NCBI GenBank assembly: GCA_003695905.1
Contig: RFGS01000045.1
Coordinates: forward strand, 1 to 54,681
Reading direction: 5' to 3'
DNA from: Zetaproteobacteria bacterium
Lineage (GTDB): Bacteria > Pseudomonadota > Zetaproteobacteria > Mariprofundales > Mariprofundaceae
Length of the DNA: 54,681 nucleotides
Shown here: one piece after another, positions 1 through 9,139 of the stretch
Position numbering within the stretch: the first letter of the stretch is position 1
Layout: each line of letters begins with the position of its first letter
Translations under genes and position numbers: made by a program
Notes under the pieces: generated by a model
The model's database searches: none
The model's input: the letters and a program-made list of their open reading frames with translations, nothing else
What the model was told of the DNA's origin: nothing

Positions 1-348
1 CGCCGCCGCATGGGTAAACGTGCCTTCAGGCCCAAGATAGGCGATGCGCATCGGATGCTCCAGCGCCAGACAGGCCCCTATGATCTCCCTAAAGATACCG
101 TGCAGCGCTTCATCCGGTATCCTTGTCCTGTGCTCGCGATCGGCCATTTCGGCATGGCGCTGCAACAGGCGCCGAATGATCGCAGCCTCCCTGCTTGGCA
201 CGTAGAAATGGGCCTCATTCCTGCTCTGCTTGCATTCACCCACCCTAGCTGCCAGATGCGCGCGCTGACGAATAAGGTCCATCAATTGATCATCGATGGC
301 ATCGATGGCCTTACGCAATCGCTTCAGTTCCCTGTCGTGCTCGCTCAT
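1..348 (-). CDS. pheA: Chorismate mutase / prephenate dehydratase (P-protein), N-terminal part. The gene runs off the window start.
   Basis: Not in the ORF track because it is open at the window edge. Manual reverse-strand translation from the ATG at 348-346 gives MSEHDRELKRLRKAIDAIDDQLMDLIRQRAHLAARVGECK... (a chorismate mutase type II helix), followed by MRIAYLGPEGTFTHAAA (start of prephenate dehydratase). Confidence 0.85.
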   Translation of the reverse strand, partial: MSEHDRELKRLRKAIDAIDDQLMDLIRQRAHLAARVGECKQSRNEAHFYVPSREAAIIRRLLQRHAEMADREHRTRIPDEALHGIFREIIGACLALEHPMRIAYLGPEGTFTHAAA

Positions 349-389
349 GTTGCGTGCAAGCTAGCAGCAGGGCGAAGCGCAATCCATGA

Positions 390-803
390 TCAAATCAGAT
401 GCAAAAGCCCTTTCATGACCATGTCGGTAAAACTCACAATGCCAATGACCTCGCCCGATGGATCGACCACGGGCGCCCGGGAAAGATCGAGACGACCGAA
501 CAGGGAGCTTGCATAGCGAATATCCATATCCGGATGCACGGTCACAGCCGGCTTGGTCATGACTTCGTAGATGCTCACGCGATCCGGTGATCGATTCTGG
601 GCCAGCACCTTGCGAGCAATGTCGGCGATCACGACGATGCCGTATTCATCATGCGCATGGCGCTTGTTCACGATCAGACACTTCGTCTCAACGTGGCGCA
701 TCTGCTCCAGCGCCTCGCGCACCGTGGCCGTGCCCTCAACCAGATCATACTCGTGCTTCATCACATCCCGCACCCGAATCAGGCTCTTGCGTTCGTCGCT
801 CAC
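390..803 (-). CDS. Stand-alone CBS-pair domain protein
   Basis: 137 aa. Two CBS-like repeats (VRDVMKHEYDLVEG...ALEQM and IYEVMTKPAVTVHPD...GIVSFTDMV). The GTG start overlaps the upstream stop (GTGA at 803-800). Confidence 0.8.
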   Translation of the reverse strand: MSDERKSLIRVRDVMKHEYDLVEGTATVREALEQMRHVETKCLIVNKRHAHDEYGIVVIADIARKVLAQNRSPDRVSIYEVMTKPAVTVHPDMDIRYASSLFGRLDLSRAPVVDPSGEVIGIVSFTDMVMKGLLHLI

Positions 804-1150
804 AGCTGTTCCTCCACTTCCTCGATCAGGGTATCAATCTGCCGCTCAAGCCCAATGGCATCCTCAACATCAAGCTGGAAAGCCACGCCCTGCCCGCTGC
901 GCTTGCGGAACCCGCCCACTTCCGCAATACATTCGAGAATGTTGCGGCTCAGATGTTCCTCGACAAGGAACATGACCATATCCCGGCTAGCCTCCATGGT
1001 CAGCCCGAAAAACGTCTTTCTTGGCTCGAGCCCCTCACCCCTTGCATCACCGACGATCGTAGCCCCGGTTGCCCCGGCTGACCGGGCCGCCTTGATCACA
1101 TCAGTTGTTTTGCTATCGTCTACCAATGCGATAATCAGTTTGAAATGCAT
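800..1150 (-). CDS. PII-like (GlnB-fold) signal transduction protein with a shortened T-loop
   Basis: Start re-assigned to the ATG at 1150 (MHFKLIIALVDD...), which is preceded by AGAGGAGGAAGG. About 116 aa with a beta-alpha-beta-beta-alpha-beta pattern and a GATGATIV..ARG.G segment resembling PII. Sits directly after the DUF1538 pair. Confidence 0.7.
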   Translation of the reverse strand: MHFKLIIALVDDSKTTDVIKAARSAGATGATIVGDARGEGLEPRKTFFGLTMEASRDMVMFLVEEHLSRNILECIAEVGGFRKRSGQGVAFQLDVEDAIGLERQIDTLIEEVEEQL

Positions 1151-1163
1151 GCCTTCCTCCTCT

Positions 1164-1943
1164 TTACGGCTCGCCCCCGTCCAACTCTCTTCGACGTTCC
1201 AGCCACTCCGAACACCAGGCATAGGCAATCACGGTCATGACCGGAAAAACGCTGGCAAAGGCAATCAGTCCGAAACCATCCACCAGCGGACTGCGTCCCG
1301 GAATCGACGTGGCCAACCCCAGGCCAAGCGCCGCCAGAAGCGGTACGGTCACCGTCGATGTGGTCACTCCCCCGGAATCATAGGCCAGAGGAATGATCTT
1401 GCGTGGCGCCCAGAACGTCTGGACGATCACGATGACATACGCGGCAATGATGTAAAGCCAGAGATCCGTGCCGGTGACAATCCGGTAGCAGCCGATAGTT
1501 ACTCCGATGGCCACTCCGATAGAAACGGCCACACGCAATCCCCATGCAGAAATTGCTCCACCGGAAATCCGTTCAGCTTTCAAGCCGACCGCAATCAGCG
1601 CGGGCTCGGCCAGTGTGGTGGCAAGGCCAATTAGAAAACCAAAGGCGTAGACCCAGCCAAAGTGATGCCATTCGGCCTCATGATCCCCGATGCCGAGGAA
1701 CTGCGGATCCGTCAATTGCTTGGCCATCAGCTCACCAAGCGGGAAGATGGCCTCCTCCAGCCCCAACAAAAACAGCACCATGCCCACGATGACATAAGCA
1801 AAGCCGCGTAGGATCCTCATGGGATTGACCACCGAACCACGAAGCACGAACAGCTTGAAAAACGCCAAAAGCAACAGGATGGGGGCGACATCCCGCAATG
1901 TCTCCAGAAGGGTTTGCAGGAACATTGCCGAGCCTTGGCTCAT
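1164..1943 (-). CDS. DUF1538-family polytopic membrane protein (paralogue B)
   Basis: Multiple hydrophobic segments. Shares [41 protein letters not shown] with the upstream paralogue. The ATG at 1943 forms an ATGA overlap with the upstream stop. The ORF track's longer form starts at a GTG at 1955. Confidence 0.75.
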   Translation of the reverse strand: MSQGSAMFLQTLLETLRDVAPILLLLAFFKLFVLRGSVVNPMRILRGFAYVIVGMVLFLLGLEEAIFPLGELMAKQLTDPQFLGIGDHEAEWHHFGWVYAFGFLIGLATTLAEPALIAVGLKAERISGGAISAWGLRVAVSIGVAIGVTIGCYRIVTGTDLWLYIIAAYVIVIVQTFWAPRKIIPLAYDSGGVTTSTVTVPLLAALGLGLATSIPGRSPLVDGFGLIAFASVFPVMTVIAYAWCSEWLERRRELDGGEP

Positions 1944-2680
1944 GGCATAATCCACAGGCCATAGAGCATGACAAAGATCATCGGCAGCAGAGATGCAAAG
2001 GCGATCAGTCCGAAGCCGTCCAGGACGGGATTGCGCCCCCGAATCGATGAAGCCAGTCCCACACCAAGAGCTGTGACCATCGGTACCGTGATGGTCGAGG
2101 TTGTCACCCCACCGGAATCATAGGCGATGCCAATGATCGAGCGTGGTGCAAACCAAGTCATAATCACGACCAGCATGTAGCCTGCAATGATGCACCAGTG
2201 CAATGGCCAATTGAAAAGGATACGCAATACGCCCAGCAAGATGGCCACCCCGACGGATAGGGCAACGGTCAGGCGCAACCCCAGCGCATAGGCAGTCATG
2301 TCCTCGTTTGTGGCAGCGATCACCCCCTCATCCGCGGCCACTTGCGCCGCCTTCTTGGCAATGGCAATCAATGACGGCTCCGCAACGGTGGTGGCAAAGC
2401 CAAGCAGAAACGAAAACAGCAACAGCCAAGGCGCACTGCCCTTGCGTACGAACCCCTGGGCCATGGACTCGCCCAGAGGGAACAGTCCGATCTCAAGCCC
2501 CCGAACAAAAAGGGCCAAGCCTACAAGCACCAGCAAGGTGCCATAAAGCATCCGCATCCCGTTTGGGATTGGCTGACCAAGTACAAACAATTGGAAGAAC
2601 AGGATAACGCCGAGGATCGGGAGAAGATCGCGCAAGGCCTCAGCCAAGGGCCTGAACATATCCATCCTTGGTCTGAACAA
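1940..2680 (-). CDS. DUF1538-family polytopic membrane protein (paralogue A)
   Basis: 246 aa, hydrophobic. Carries the [15 protein letters not shown]...[25 protein letters not shown] motif. The TTG start at 2680 lies 7 nt after AGGAGG; ATG alternatives are at 2665 and 2659. Confidence 0.75.
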   Translation of the reverse strand: MFRPRMDMFRPLAEALRDLLPILGVILFFQLFVLGQPIPNGMRMLYGTLLVLVGLALFVRGLEIGLFPLGESMAQGFVRKGSAPWLLLFSFLLGFATTVAEPSLIAIAKKAAQVAADEGVIAATNEDMTAYALGLRLTVALSVGVAILLGVLRILFNWPLHWCIIAGYMLVVIMTWFAPRSIIGIAYDSGGVTTSTITVPMVTALGVGLASSIRGRNPVLDGFGLIAFASLLPMIFVMLYGLWIMP

Positions 2681-2744
2681 GACTCACCCTCCTGTCAGCA
2701 GGCAGGCCCCATACATGCGGCCGAGGGGCTGCAATGACCCATCA

Positions 2745-3437
2745 TCAACTGCCCGAACCACCTTCCGATATCAGGGGCACAAAGGCCACCGGCAGAAGCG
2801 CCTGCATGTCTAATTTGCCGTCGGTGTGCTTGCATACCCTGCACAATTGCTGAGTTCGCCCCGCCTGGCCGACCGGGATCACCATGCGCCCGCCCGGAGC
2901 CAACTGTTCGAGCAAAGGTGCCGGGACCTCCTTGGCAGCAGCCGTGACAAGGATGCCATCAAACGGGGCCGCTTGCGGCCAGCCGCGCGAGCCATCCGCA
3001 ACATGGAAATGCACATGGTCGCTCAAACCAAGTTCTTCCAGTCGCTCCCGTGCCTGAAGAGACAGCTCTGCAATGCGCTCGACCGTGTGAACCTCTGCGC
3101 ACAATTTGGAGAGCACGGCAGTCTGGTATCCCGTACCCGTACCAACCTCGAGCACGCGCTCCGTTCCATTCAAATCGAGAAGATCCGTCATCAGGGCCAC
3201 GATGAACGGCTGTGAGATGGTCTGCCCACAGCCCACAGGGAGCGCACAATTGTCATAGGCCGAACAACGCAACGAAGCAGGGACAAAACGATGCCGGGGA
3301 ATCTCTCCCATAACTTGCATGACTTTGTCCGACAAGACCGGTCTTCCCGTGTATGAGGCGCAAAGCCGCGCTTCGTCACGGATCGTTTCAAGCATCCACT
3401 GCCTGCGCTCGTTCAGATTCCCCCACCACGCTTTCAT
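2745..3437 (-). CDS. pcm: Protein-L-isoaspartate O-methyltransferase
   Basis: Contains the VLEVGTGTGYQTAVLSKL SAM-binding motif, the ISQPFIVALM motif and the GGRMVIPVG motif typical of Pcm. Confidence 0.9.
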   Translation of the reverse strand: MKAWWGNLNERRQWMLETIRDEARLCASYTGRPVLSDKVMQVMGEIPRHRFVPASLRCSAYDNCALPVGCGQTISQPFIVALMTDLLDLNGTERVLEVGTGTGYQTAVLSKLCAEVHTVERIAELSLQARERLEELGLSDHVHFHVADGSRGWPQAAPFDGILVTAAAKEVPAPLLEQLAPGGRMVIPVGQAGRTQQLCRVCKHTDGKLDMQALLPVAFVPLISEGGSGS

Positions 3438-3526
3438 GAAACAGGATTCTAGACCATGCCACCGGTCAATGCATCCATCCAGAACCTGCCATTGCGAGCA
3501 TCACCCAATTACGTAGAGTGCTGTCC

Positions 3527-4561
3527 ATGGACAAGATTCATGCTGCCATCCTCGGCGCATCCGGCTATACGGGATCCGAGCTCATTCGCCTTCTTGACCG
3601 GCACCCGCGCTTTCGGCTCGTCCATCTGGCGGCACATTCCCATGCCGGCAAACAGGCCGGTGATGTCCTACCGGGACTGCATGATAAGCTGGCTGCCTTG
3701 CAACTGGTCCATATCGATGACCCGCTCCCAGATGACTGCCAACTGGTCTTCGCGGCATTGCCCCACGGCGCGGCAGCTAGGACGGTTGCACGCGTGCTTG
3801 AGACAGGATGCCGGGTCATCGACCTCTCGGCTGATTTCCGGCATCAGTCGCCAGAAACCTATCGACAAGCCTACGGCACCGATCATCCATATCCGCATCT
3901 GTTACACACGGCCATCTATGGCCTGACTGAGTGGAGTCGCCAACGGCTTCCAGAAGCCAGGCTCGTCGCCAATCCGGGGTGCTATCCGACATCAATGCTG
4001 CTGCCCCTGATCCCCTTGATCCGTGCTGGCGTGCTGGATGAAGCTCCGATCATCGTGGATGCCAAATCGGGCGCATCAGGAGCTGGTCGAAGTGCAAAAG
4101 TCGAGCTCTTGTTCTGCGAACTCAATGAATCATGCCGGGCCTATGGGCTACCCCGCCATCGGCACAGCTGGGAAATGGAGGAATGGCTTGCCCATTTTGG
4201 TGGCCAGCCCCTTCGCGTACGCTTTGTACCACATATCCTGCCCATGAACCGCGGCATGCTGACCACACTCCATCTGAGCGGAAGGGACGCCTCATCATGG
4301 CGTGACATCCTGCAGCAGAACTATGCGAACGAACCCTTTGTAAGGCTCCTACCTGAGGGGAACCTGCCATCGACCGCCTCCGTTGCTGGTTCCAACCGCT
4401 GCGACATCGGCTTGAGCCCTTTAGACAATGATGAATGCGTCGTCATTAGCTGCATAGACAACCTGCTCAAGGGAGCAGCGGGTCAAGCCATTCAAAATGC
4501 CAATGTCATGTTCGGTCTTGATGAAACCTGCGGATTGCCAGACCTGCCCTGCTGGCCCTGA
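3527..4561 (+). CDS. argC: N-acetyl-gamma-glutamyl-phosphate reductase
   Basis: Has the ILGASGYTGSELIRLL N-terminus, the NPGCYPT active-site Cys motif and IDNLLKGAAGQAIQN at the C-terminus. The ATG at 3527 matches the typical N-terminus. The ORF track start at 3518 is a GTG. Confidence 0.93.
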   Translation: MDKIHAAILGASGYTGSELIRLLDRHPRFRLVHLAAHSHAGKQAGDVLPGLHDKLAALQLVHIDDPLPDDCQLVFAALPHGAAARTVARVLETGCRVIDLSADFRHQSPETYRQAYGTDHPYPHLLHTAIYGLTEWSRQRLPEARLVANPGCYPTSMLLPLIPLIRAGVLDEAPIIVDAKSGASGAGRSAKVELLFCELNESCRAYGLPRHRHSWEMEEWLAHFGGQPLRVRFVPHILPMNRGMLTTLHLSGRDASSWRDILQQNYANEPFVRLLPEGNLPSTASVAGSNRCDIGLSPLDNDECVVISCIDNLLKGAAGQAIQNANVMFGLDETCGLPDLPCWP

Positions 4562-5289
4562 TGCGCCAACCCCCGGAAAACATCCCCAAGCGCTTTTACC
4601 GCCTGCTGCAACGAGCCAAACACCGCTCCATCACCCTTCCCCTTGCACATGCGATCCTTCTTTCTGCGGCCCTGTTCGGTCTTGGCGTTGCACTATCATC
4701 GTTACTTACCGCCTCCAGCATCTCGGAACAGGAACGACTTGAACGGGAAAATGCACGCCTTTCGTGGAAGGTCGACCAGCTAAAGAAACGCGTGGCAGAT
4801 GCAGAATCGAAACTGACACTACAGACCGAGCAACTGCGACAGCAAAAAAAGGAAATCGCCACTCGCGAACAGGAAATGCAGCCCCTGAAAAAAAGGCTGA
4901 GCATGCTGGAAAGCATTCTGGCCAAGCGGCGCGAGAAAGGCATTCATCTGCTGGCTGGCTCCAGCCAATGGGTTGACGATGGCCTTGAGTTGAACCTCGT
5001 TCTGGTCAAAGGCGGCAACTATCCTCGGGAGATTGACGGGCATATCGAGGTGCTGGCCCTTCGACCGGATGACATGGTCGAGGCGCTGAGGTTCAAGGAC
5101 AACCGCAAAGCCATCACTTTCCGGATCCGCACACATGCCCTTGTGCATGAGGTGATTCCATGGCAGAAAAGCTGGCGCCCCAAGCAGCTTGTGATCGTGC
5201 TCCGCGATCACCACGAGAGGGAACTTGCGCGCATGAGCATCTGGGTGCAACACCCGGCAGTCCCTGCCATGGAGGAGAGGCATTCATGA
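4561..5289 (+). CDS. Hypothetical single-pass membrane protein with a coiled-coil segment
   Basis: 242 aa. One hydrophobic helix (ITLPLAHAILLSAALFGLGVALSSLL), then a heptad-like charged stretch (ERLERENARLSWKVDQLKKRVADAESKL...QQKKEIATREQEMQPLKKRL), then a beta-rich C-terminal part. Its start overlaps the argC stop (TGATG) and its stop overlaps the next start (ATGA). Confidence 0.6.
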   Translation: MRQPPENIPKRFYRLLQRAKHRSITLPLAHAILLSAALFGLGVALSSLLTASSISEQERLERENARLSWKVDQLKKRVADAESKLTLQTEQLRQQKKEIATREQEMQPLKKRLSMLESILAKRREKGIHLLAGSSQWVDDGLELNLVLVKGGNYPREIDGHIEVLALRPDDMVEALRFKDNRKAITFRIRTHALVHEVIPWQKSWRPKQLVIVLRDHHERELARMSIWVQHPAVPAMEERHS

Positions 5290-5798
5290 TCAAACCATAC
5301 CGTCATTGGCATCCGCAGTGCGATCAACCTGCTTTCGTCGCCCCATCGGCTGAGGTCATCGGCTGCGTCCGCATCGGTCGGGATGCAAGCATCTGGTACC
5401 AGAGTGTGCTCCGGGGCGATGTCCATGATATCCATATCGGCCATCGCACCAATATTCAGGACCATTGCATCCTGCACACGAGCCACGGCGTCAGTCCGTG
5501 CATGGTGGGAAACGAGGTAACCGTGGGACACCGAGTGATTCTGCACGGCTGTGAAATCGGTGACTGGTGCTTGATCGGCATGGGGGCCATCGTCATGGAC
5601 AAAGCCGTTCTTGAACCCGAGTGCCTGCTTGCAGCCGGCAGCCTCGTTCCGGAAGGTAAAGTGCTGCGCGGCGGATACCTCTATGCAGGCATCCCTGCCA
5701 GACAGAAGCGGGAGTTGACCAGCGAGGAGCGCCATTTCCTTCATCAGTCAGCTGAGCACTATGTCGAACTTGCCAGGAGTCATGCCCGTGAAACATGA
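5286..5798 (+). CDS. Gamma-class carbonic anhydrase-like, left-handed beta-helix (hexapeptide repeat) protein
   Basis: Start re-assigned to MIKPYRHW (ATGA overlap with the upstream gene). Hexapeptide repeats and the His pattern (IQDHCILH, GHRVILHGC) match the YrdA/PaaY/CamH-type family. Confidence 0.85.
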   Translation: MIKPYRHWHPQCDQPAFVAPSAEVIGCVRIGRDASIWYQSVLRGDVHDIHIGHRTNIQDHCILHTSHGVSPCMVGNEVTVGHRVILHGCEIGDWCLIGMGAIVMDKAVLEPECLLAAGSLVPEGKVLRGGYLYAGIPARQKRELTSEERHFLHQSAEHYVELARSHARET

Positions 5799-6765
5799 GC
5801 GCTTTGCGGCCATCGACATGGGCTCAAACACCTTCCGACTGCTCATTGCCAGCCCCGGCCAGAACCCTCCCTGGCATACGTTGCACTATGAACACCGCAT
5901 TGTTCGCCTGGGAGAAGGGCTGCATCACACGGGACGCCTGAGCGAACAAGGCATGCAACGGGCCCTTGAAGCGCTTGCATCCTTTGCAGCCAGCCTACGG
6001 GCTCATGATGTTCCTCTCCATCATGTGCGGGCCGTGGCTACGGCTGCCGTGCGCGAAGCTGCCAATGGACGACTGTTTGCTGAACAGGCTCTGGAAAAGA
6101 CCGGCATTGCCATCGACATCATTGATGGCGAGGCTGAAGCGGAGCTATCCCTTGCTGGAGCCGCAGCCATTCTTGATGAACGCGTGCGTGAGGACTTCCT
6201 GCTCTTTGATATCGGCGGTGGCAGCACTGAATTTATTCGCGCCCGCGAACAGCACTGCTTGGATGCCTTCAGCTGCAAACTGGGCGTTGTCCGGCTGGTC
6301 GAGGCCCACCTGCGCTCCGATCCGCCAAGTGCATCCGACTACGCGGACATGATTGAGGCTGCAAACAAGCACCTCGATGACGTCCTGACCTCCTGGCATG
6401 GAGCCAGTGCCCCGCGACATCTGGTTGGAACAGCTGGAACCGTGACCACGCTTGCGGCAACGGCCCTGAACCTGTATCCCTATGATGCGCAACGCATCAA
6501 CAACTACCACATGAGCTGGACGACGTTTGAACGCTTGCGAGATCATCTGTTGTGTCTTTCCCATGCCGACAGGCAACGCATCCGCACTATTGAACCAGGC
6601 CGCGCAGACCTGATCATCGCCGGTTGCGCCATTGTCGAGGCTGTGATGCAACGCTGGGCCTATCCGGAAATGGTTGTTGTTGATGCCGGCCTGTTGGAAG
6701 GCGCTTGGCTCAGCATCAGCAGATATCACACTGCAACATACTCATCGGCGCGTTTGCGCACCTGA
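5788..6765 (+). CDS. Ppx/GppA-family phosphatase (exopolyphosphatase / guanosine pentaphosphate phosphohydrolase N-terminal domains)
   Basis: FAAIDMGSNTFRLLIA and LLFDIGGGSTEF are ASKHA phosphate-binding motifs. Start uncertain: the GTG at 5788 lies 8 nt after AGGAG; ATGs at 5782 and 5761 are also in frame. Confidence 0.88.
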   Translation: MKHERFAAIDMGSNTFRLLIASPGQNPPWHTLHYEHRIVRLGEGLHHTGRLSEQGMQRALEALASFAASLRAHDVPLHHVRAVATAAVREAANGRLFAEQALEKTGIAIDIIDGEAEAELSLAGAAAILDERVREDFLLFDIGGGSTEFIRAREQHCLDAFSCKLGVVRLVEAHLRSDPPSASDYADMIEAANKHLDDVLTSWHGASAPRHLVGTAGTVTTLAATALNLYPYDAQRINNYHMSWTTFERLRDHLLCLSHADRQRIRTIEPGRADLIIAGCAIVEAVMQRWAYPEMVVVDAGLLEGAWLSISRYHTATYSSARLRT

Positions 6766-7364
6766 TCCATGGCCAGTTGTACTCTTTCCATGGCCTCGGA
6801 GATGGGCTCATGGCTGTCAATCCAAACGGGTCTGCCATACACGATGACACCGCGGGAGAATGGCCTGGGTACATAGAAACGATCCCAGGAACGGGCGCGC
6901 CAATGCCTGCTCGTGGCATAGCAAACGGGAATCACCGGCAACCCCGTCCGTTTCGCCAACACAACAACCCCCGGCTTGACCTTCTCTGCCGGGCCTCTGG
7001 GCCCATCGGGCGTAATGCCCAGGCTGGCCCCCTGTTCCCGAGCCGAACGAATCATCGCCCGCAATGCGCGGGCGCCGCCACGCGTTGAAGACCCCCGCAC
7101 TGTTTTCACGCCCAAAAGATGCATGGCATCCGCGATAAGCTCGCCATCCCGGTGCTCGGAAATCAGCATATAGCCATGCCATGCGCGTCCCCTGGCATAT
7201 GGCATCATCATCAGCCTTGCATGCCAAAAGGCATAAATAGCCGGACGGTCACTCCTTGGCATGTGCTGACTACCGATAATCTCCCAGCGGATGGTATGAG
7301 CCAAGAGGTGATAAACGGCGGCAATGGCATAGGGAATCAGACGATCAAGGACGCGGAACCTCAT
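6726..7364 (-). CDS. DUF374 / lysophospholipid acyltransferase-like protein
   Basis: Contains AFWHARLMMMPYA, GVKTVRGSSTRGGARALR and LGITPDGPRGP motifs as in DUF374 proteins that follow msbA in LPS clusters. The ATG at 7364 forms an ATGA overlap with the msbA stop. Confidence 0.7.
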   Translation of the reverse strand: MRFRVLDRLIPYAIAAVYHLLAHTIRWEIIGSQHMPRSDRPAIYAFWHARLMMMPYARGRAWHGYMLISEHRDGELIADAMHLLGVKTVRGSSTRGGARALRAMIRSAREQGASLGITPDGPRGPAEKVKPGVVVLAKRTGLPVIPVCYATSRHWRARSWDRFYVPRPFSRGVIVYGRPVWIDSHEPISEAMERVQLAMDQVRKRADEYVAV

Positions 7365-9139
7365 GATGGGTCGTTGGCTTCCTCGCAACCGGCTCGTTCG
7401 GACGTGGATTCCTGTTCGAACTGCATGCGATACAGTTCCGCATACAGCCCCCCCTGGGCCAGAAGCTCATTATGCGCACCCTGCTGCACGATCCTGCCTT
7501 TATCGAGCACAATAATCCTGTCCGCATGTCTGATGGTCGATAGACGGTGCGCAATCACAATAACCGTTCGTCCGGCCATCAACCGGTCGATGGCCTGCTG
7601 CACAAGCCGTTCCGACTCCGTATCCAGAGCGCTGGTTGCCTCATCGAGGATCAGGATGGGGGCATCCTTGAGCAAAGCCCTAGCCAAGGATAGGCGCTGA
7701 CGCTGTCCTCCGGAAAGAATCACGCCCCTTTCTCCCACGAGCGTGGCATAGCCATGGGGCAGACGCTGGATAAACTCATCCGCATTGGCTGCCTTTGCAA
7801 CAGCCCGGACCTTCTCCAGATCGACTTCCTCATGCCCATAGGCAATATTGTTCAGAATGGTGTCATTGAACAGGATGACCTCTTGCGTCACCAATGCAAT
7901 CTGCGACCTCAGTGAGGCCTGGGTCACGTCACGGACATCCAAGCCATCGATGAGAACTCGTCCCTCGCTCACATCCACGAACCTGGGGACCAGGTTGACC
8001 AACGATGTCTTGCCTGCTCCACTGCGCCCGACCAGTGCGACCACCTCGCCGGCCCGGACCGTCAGACAGATATCCTGCAGAACATCCCGATTATCCCCCG
8101 GGTAGCGCAGCCAGACATGATCGAAAACGATGCGCTCATGAAACGCCGACAGTATGCGGGCATCCGGCTTGTCCTGGATATCCTGCGGCTCATCCAGAAC
8201 CTCGAACACGCGCTCGGCCGCGGCCAGACCCTGCTGAATCTCATTGTTGGCCCGACTCAGACGCTTGACCGGTTCATACAGCATCAGCGCAGCCGCCAGA
8301 AAGGAAATCAGCGTGCCTGGCGTCGTTTCTCCTGCCGCCACGCGCAGTCCGCCGTAGAGCAACACGCCTGCAATGCCGAATCCAGCCAACAGTTCCATGA
8401 TGGGAAAGGACAGCGCATGCACCCTGAAGGCCTTGAGCTGATGCTCGAGAAACTCCCGGGTAAACCGCCGGAAGCGGCGCTTTTCATAATCCTCCATGCC
8501 AAAGGCTTTGACCACGCGAATGCCGGCCACCGTTTCTTCCATCAGGCTCGTCAAGGCTCCCATGGACACCTGTCCATCCAGCGTCGCCCGGCGCATCCTG
8601 CGCCCGAACCGGGCAATGGGATAGACAACGGCTGGAAAAACGAGCATGGCAATCAGGGCAAGCTGCCAATCCTGGATAAAAATGACGGCTGCCAGGAAAA
8701 CGATGGAAATCGCATCCCGCATCAGAGCCGTGACGGCCGTGCTGACGGCCGCCTGTACCAGGGTGACATCATAACTGATGCGTGCAATCAACTCCCCAGT
8801 CTTGCGATGAGTAAAAAAGGCAAGCGATTGGTGCACCAGATGCCCGTAAAGACGATTGCGCAGATCATAGATGACCCGTTGTCCGATGTAGCCCATTAAA
8901 TAGGCCTGACCGTAGTAAGCTGCCCCCTTGATGATGTAAAGCCCGATGATCACCATAGGAATGATGTAGATCATGCGCTGGTTCTCGCCGGTCAAGGCCT
9001 CATCCAGTGCCGGTTTCAATGCCCATGCCAGCGCCGCCGTGCAGGCACCCAGGATTACCATGCATGACACGGCAATGGTCAATCGTCCGCGATATGGCCG
9101 GAGAAAACCAAGCAGGCGACGGTAAAGCCTCAACTTCAT
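7361..9139 (-). CDS. msbA: Lipid A export ABC transporter (permease/ATPase fusion)
   Basis: 592 aa. N-terminal six-helix TMD, Walker A GRSGAGKTS, signature LSGGQRQRLSLARA and Walker B ILILDEATSALD. Context includes the DUF374 gene. Confidence 0.88.
   Translation of the reverse strand: MKLRLYRRLLGFLRPYRGRLTIAVSCMVILGACTAALAWALKPALDEALTGENQRMIYIIPMVIIGLYIIKGAAYYGQAYLMGYIGQRVIYDLRNRLYGHLVHQSLAFFTHRKTGELIARISYDVTLVQAAVSTAVTALMRDAISIVFLAAVIFIQDWQLALIAMLVFPAVVYPIARFGRRMRRATLDGQVSMGALTSLMEETVAGIRVVKAFGMEDYEKRRFRRFTREFLEHQLKAFRVHALSFPIMELLAGFGIAGVLLYGGLRVAAGETTPGTLISFLAAALMLYEPVKRLSRANNEIQQGLAAAERVFEVLDEPQDIQDKPDARILSAFHERIVFDHVWLRYPGDNRDVLQDICLTVRAGEVVALVGRSGAGKTSLVNLVPRFVDVSEGRVLIDGLDVRDVTQASLRSQIALVTQEVILFNDTILNNIAYGHEEVDLEKVRAVAKAANADEFIQRLPHGYATLVGERGVILSGGQRQRLSLARALLKDAPILILDEATSALDTESERLVQQAIDRLMAGRTVIVIAHRLSTIRHADRIIVLDKGRIVQQGAHNELLAQGGLYAELYRMQFEQESTSERAGCEEANDPS

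Noticed and set aside
10-516. 168-aa plus-strand ORF at the window start
   Set aside because: It lies antisense to the clearly recognisable pheA N-terminus (1-348, minus) and to the 3' end of the CBS gene. It has no recognisable motif and is Arg/Pro/Ala-rich, as is typical of shadow ORFs.
2640-2680. Repeated MFRP...MFRP at the N-terminus of DUF1538 paralogue A (ATGTTCAGRCC twice)
   Set aside because: Only an 11-nt repeat. It is most simply explained by alternative in-frame start codons and is not a meaningful tandem duplication.
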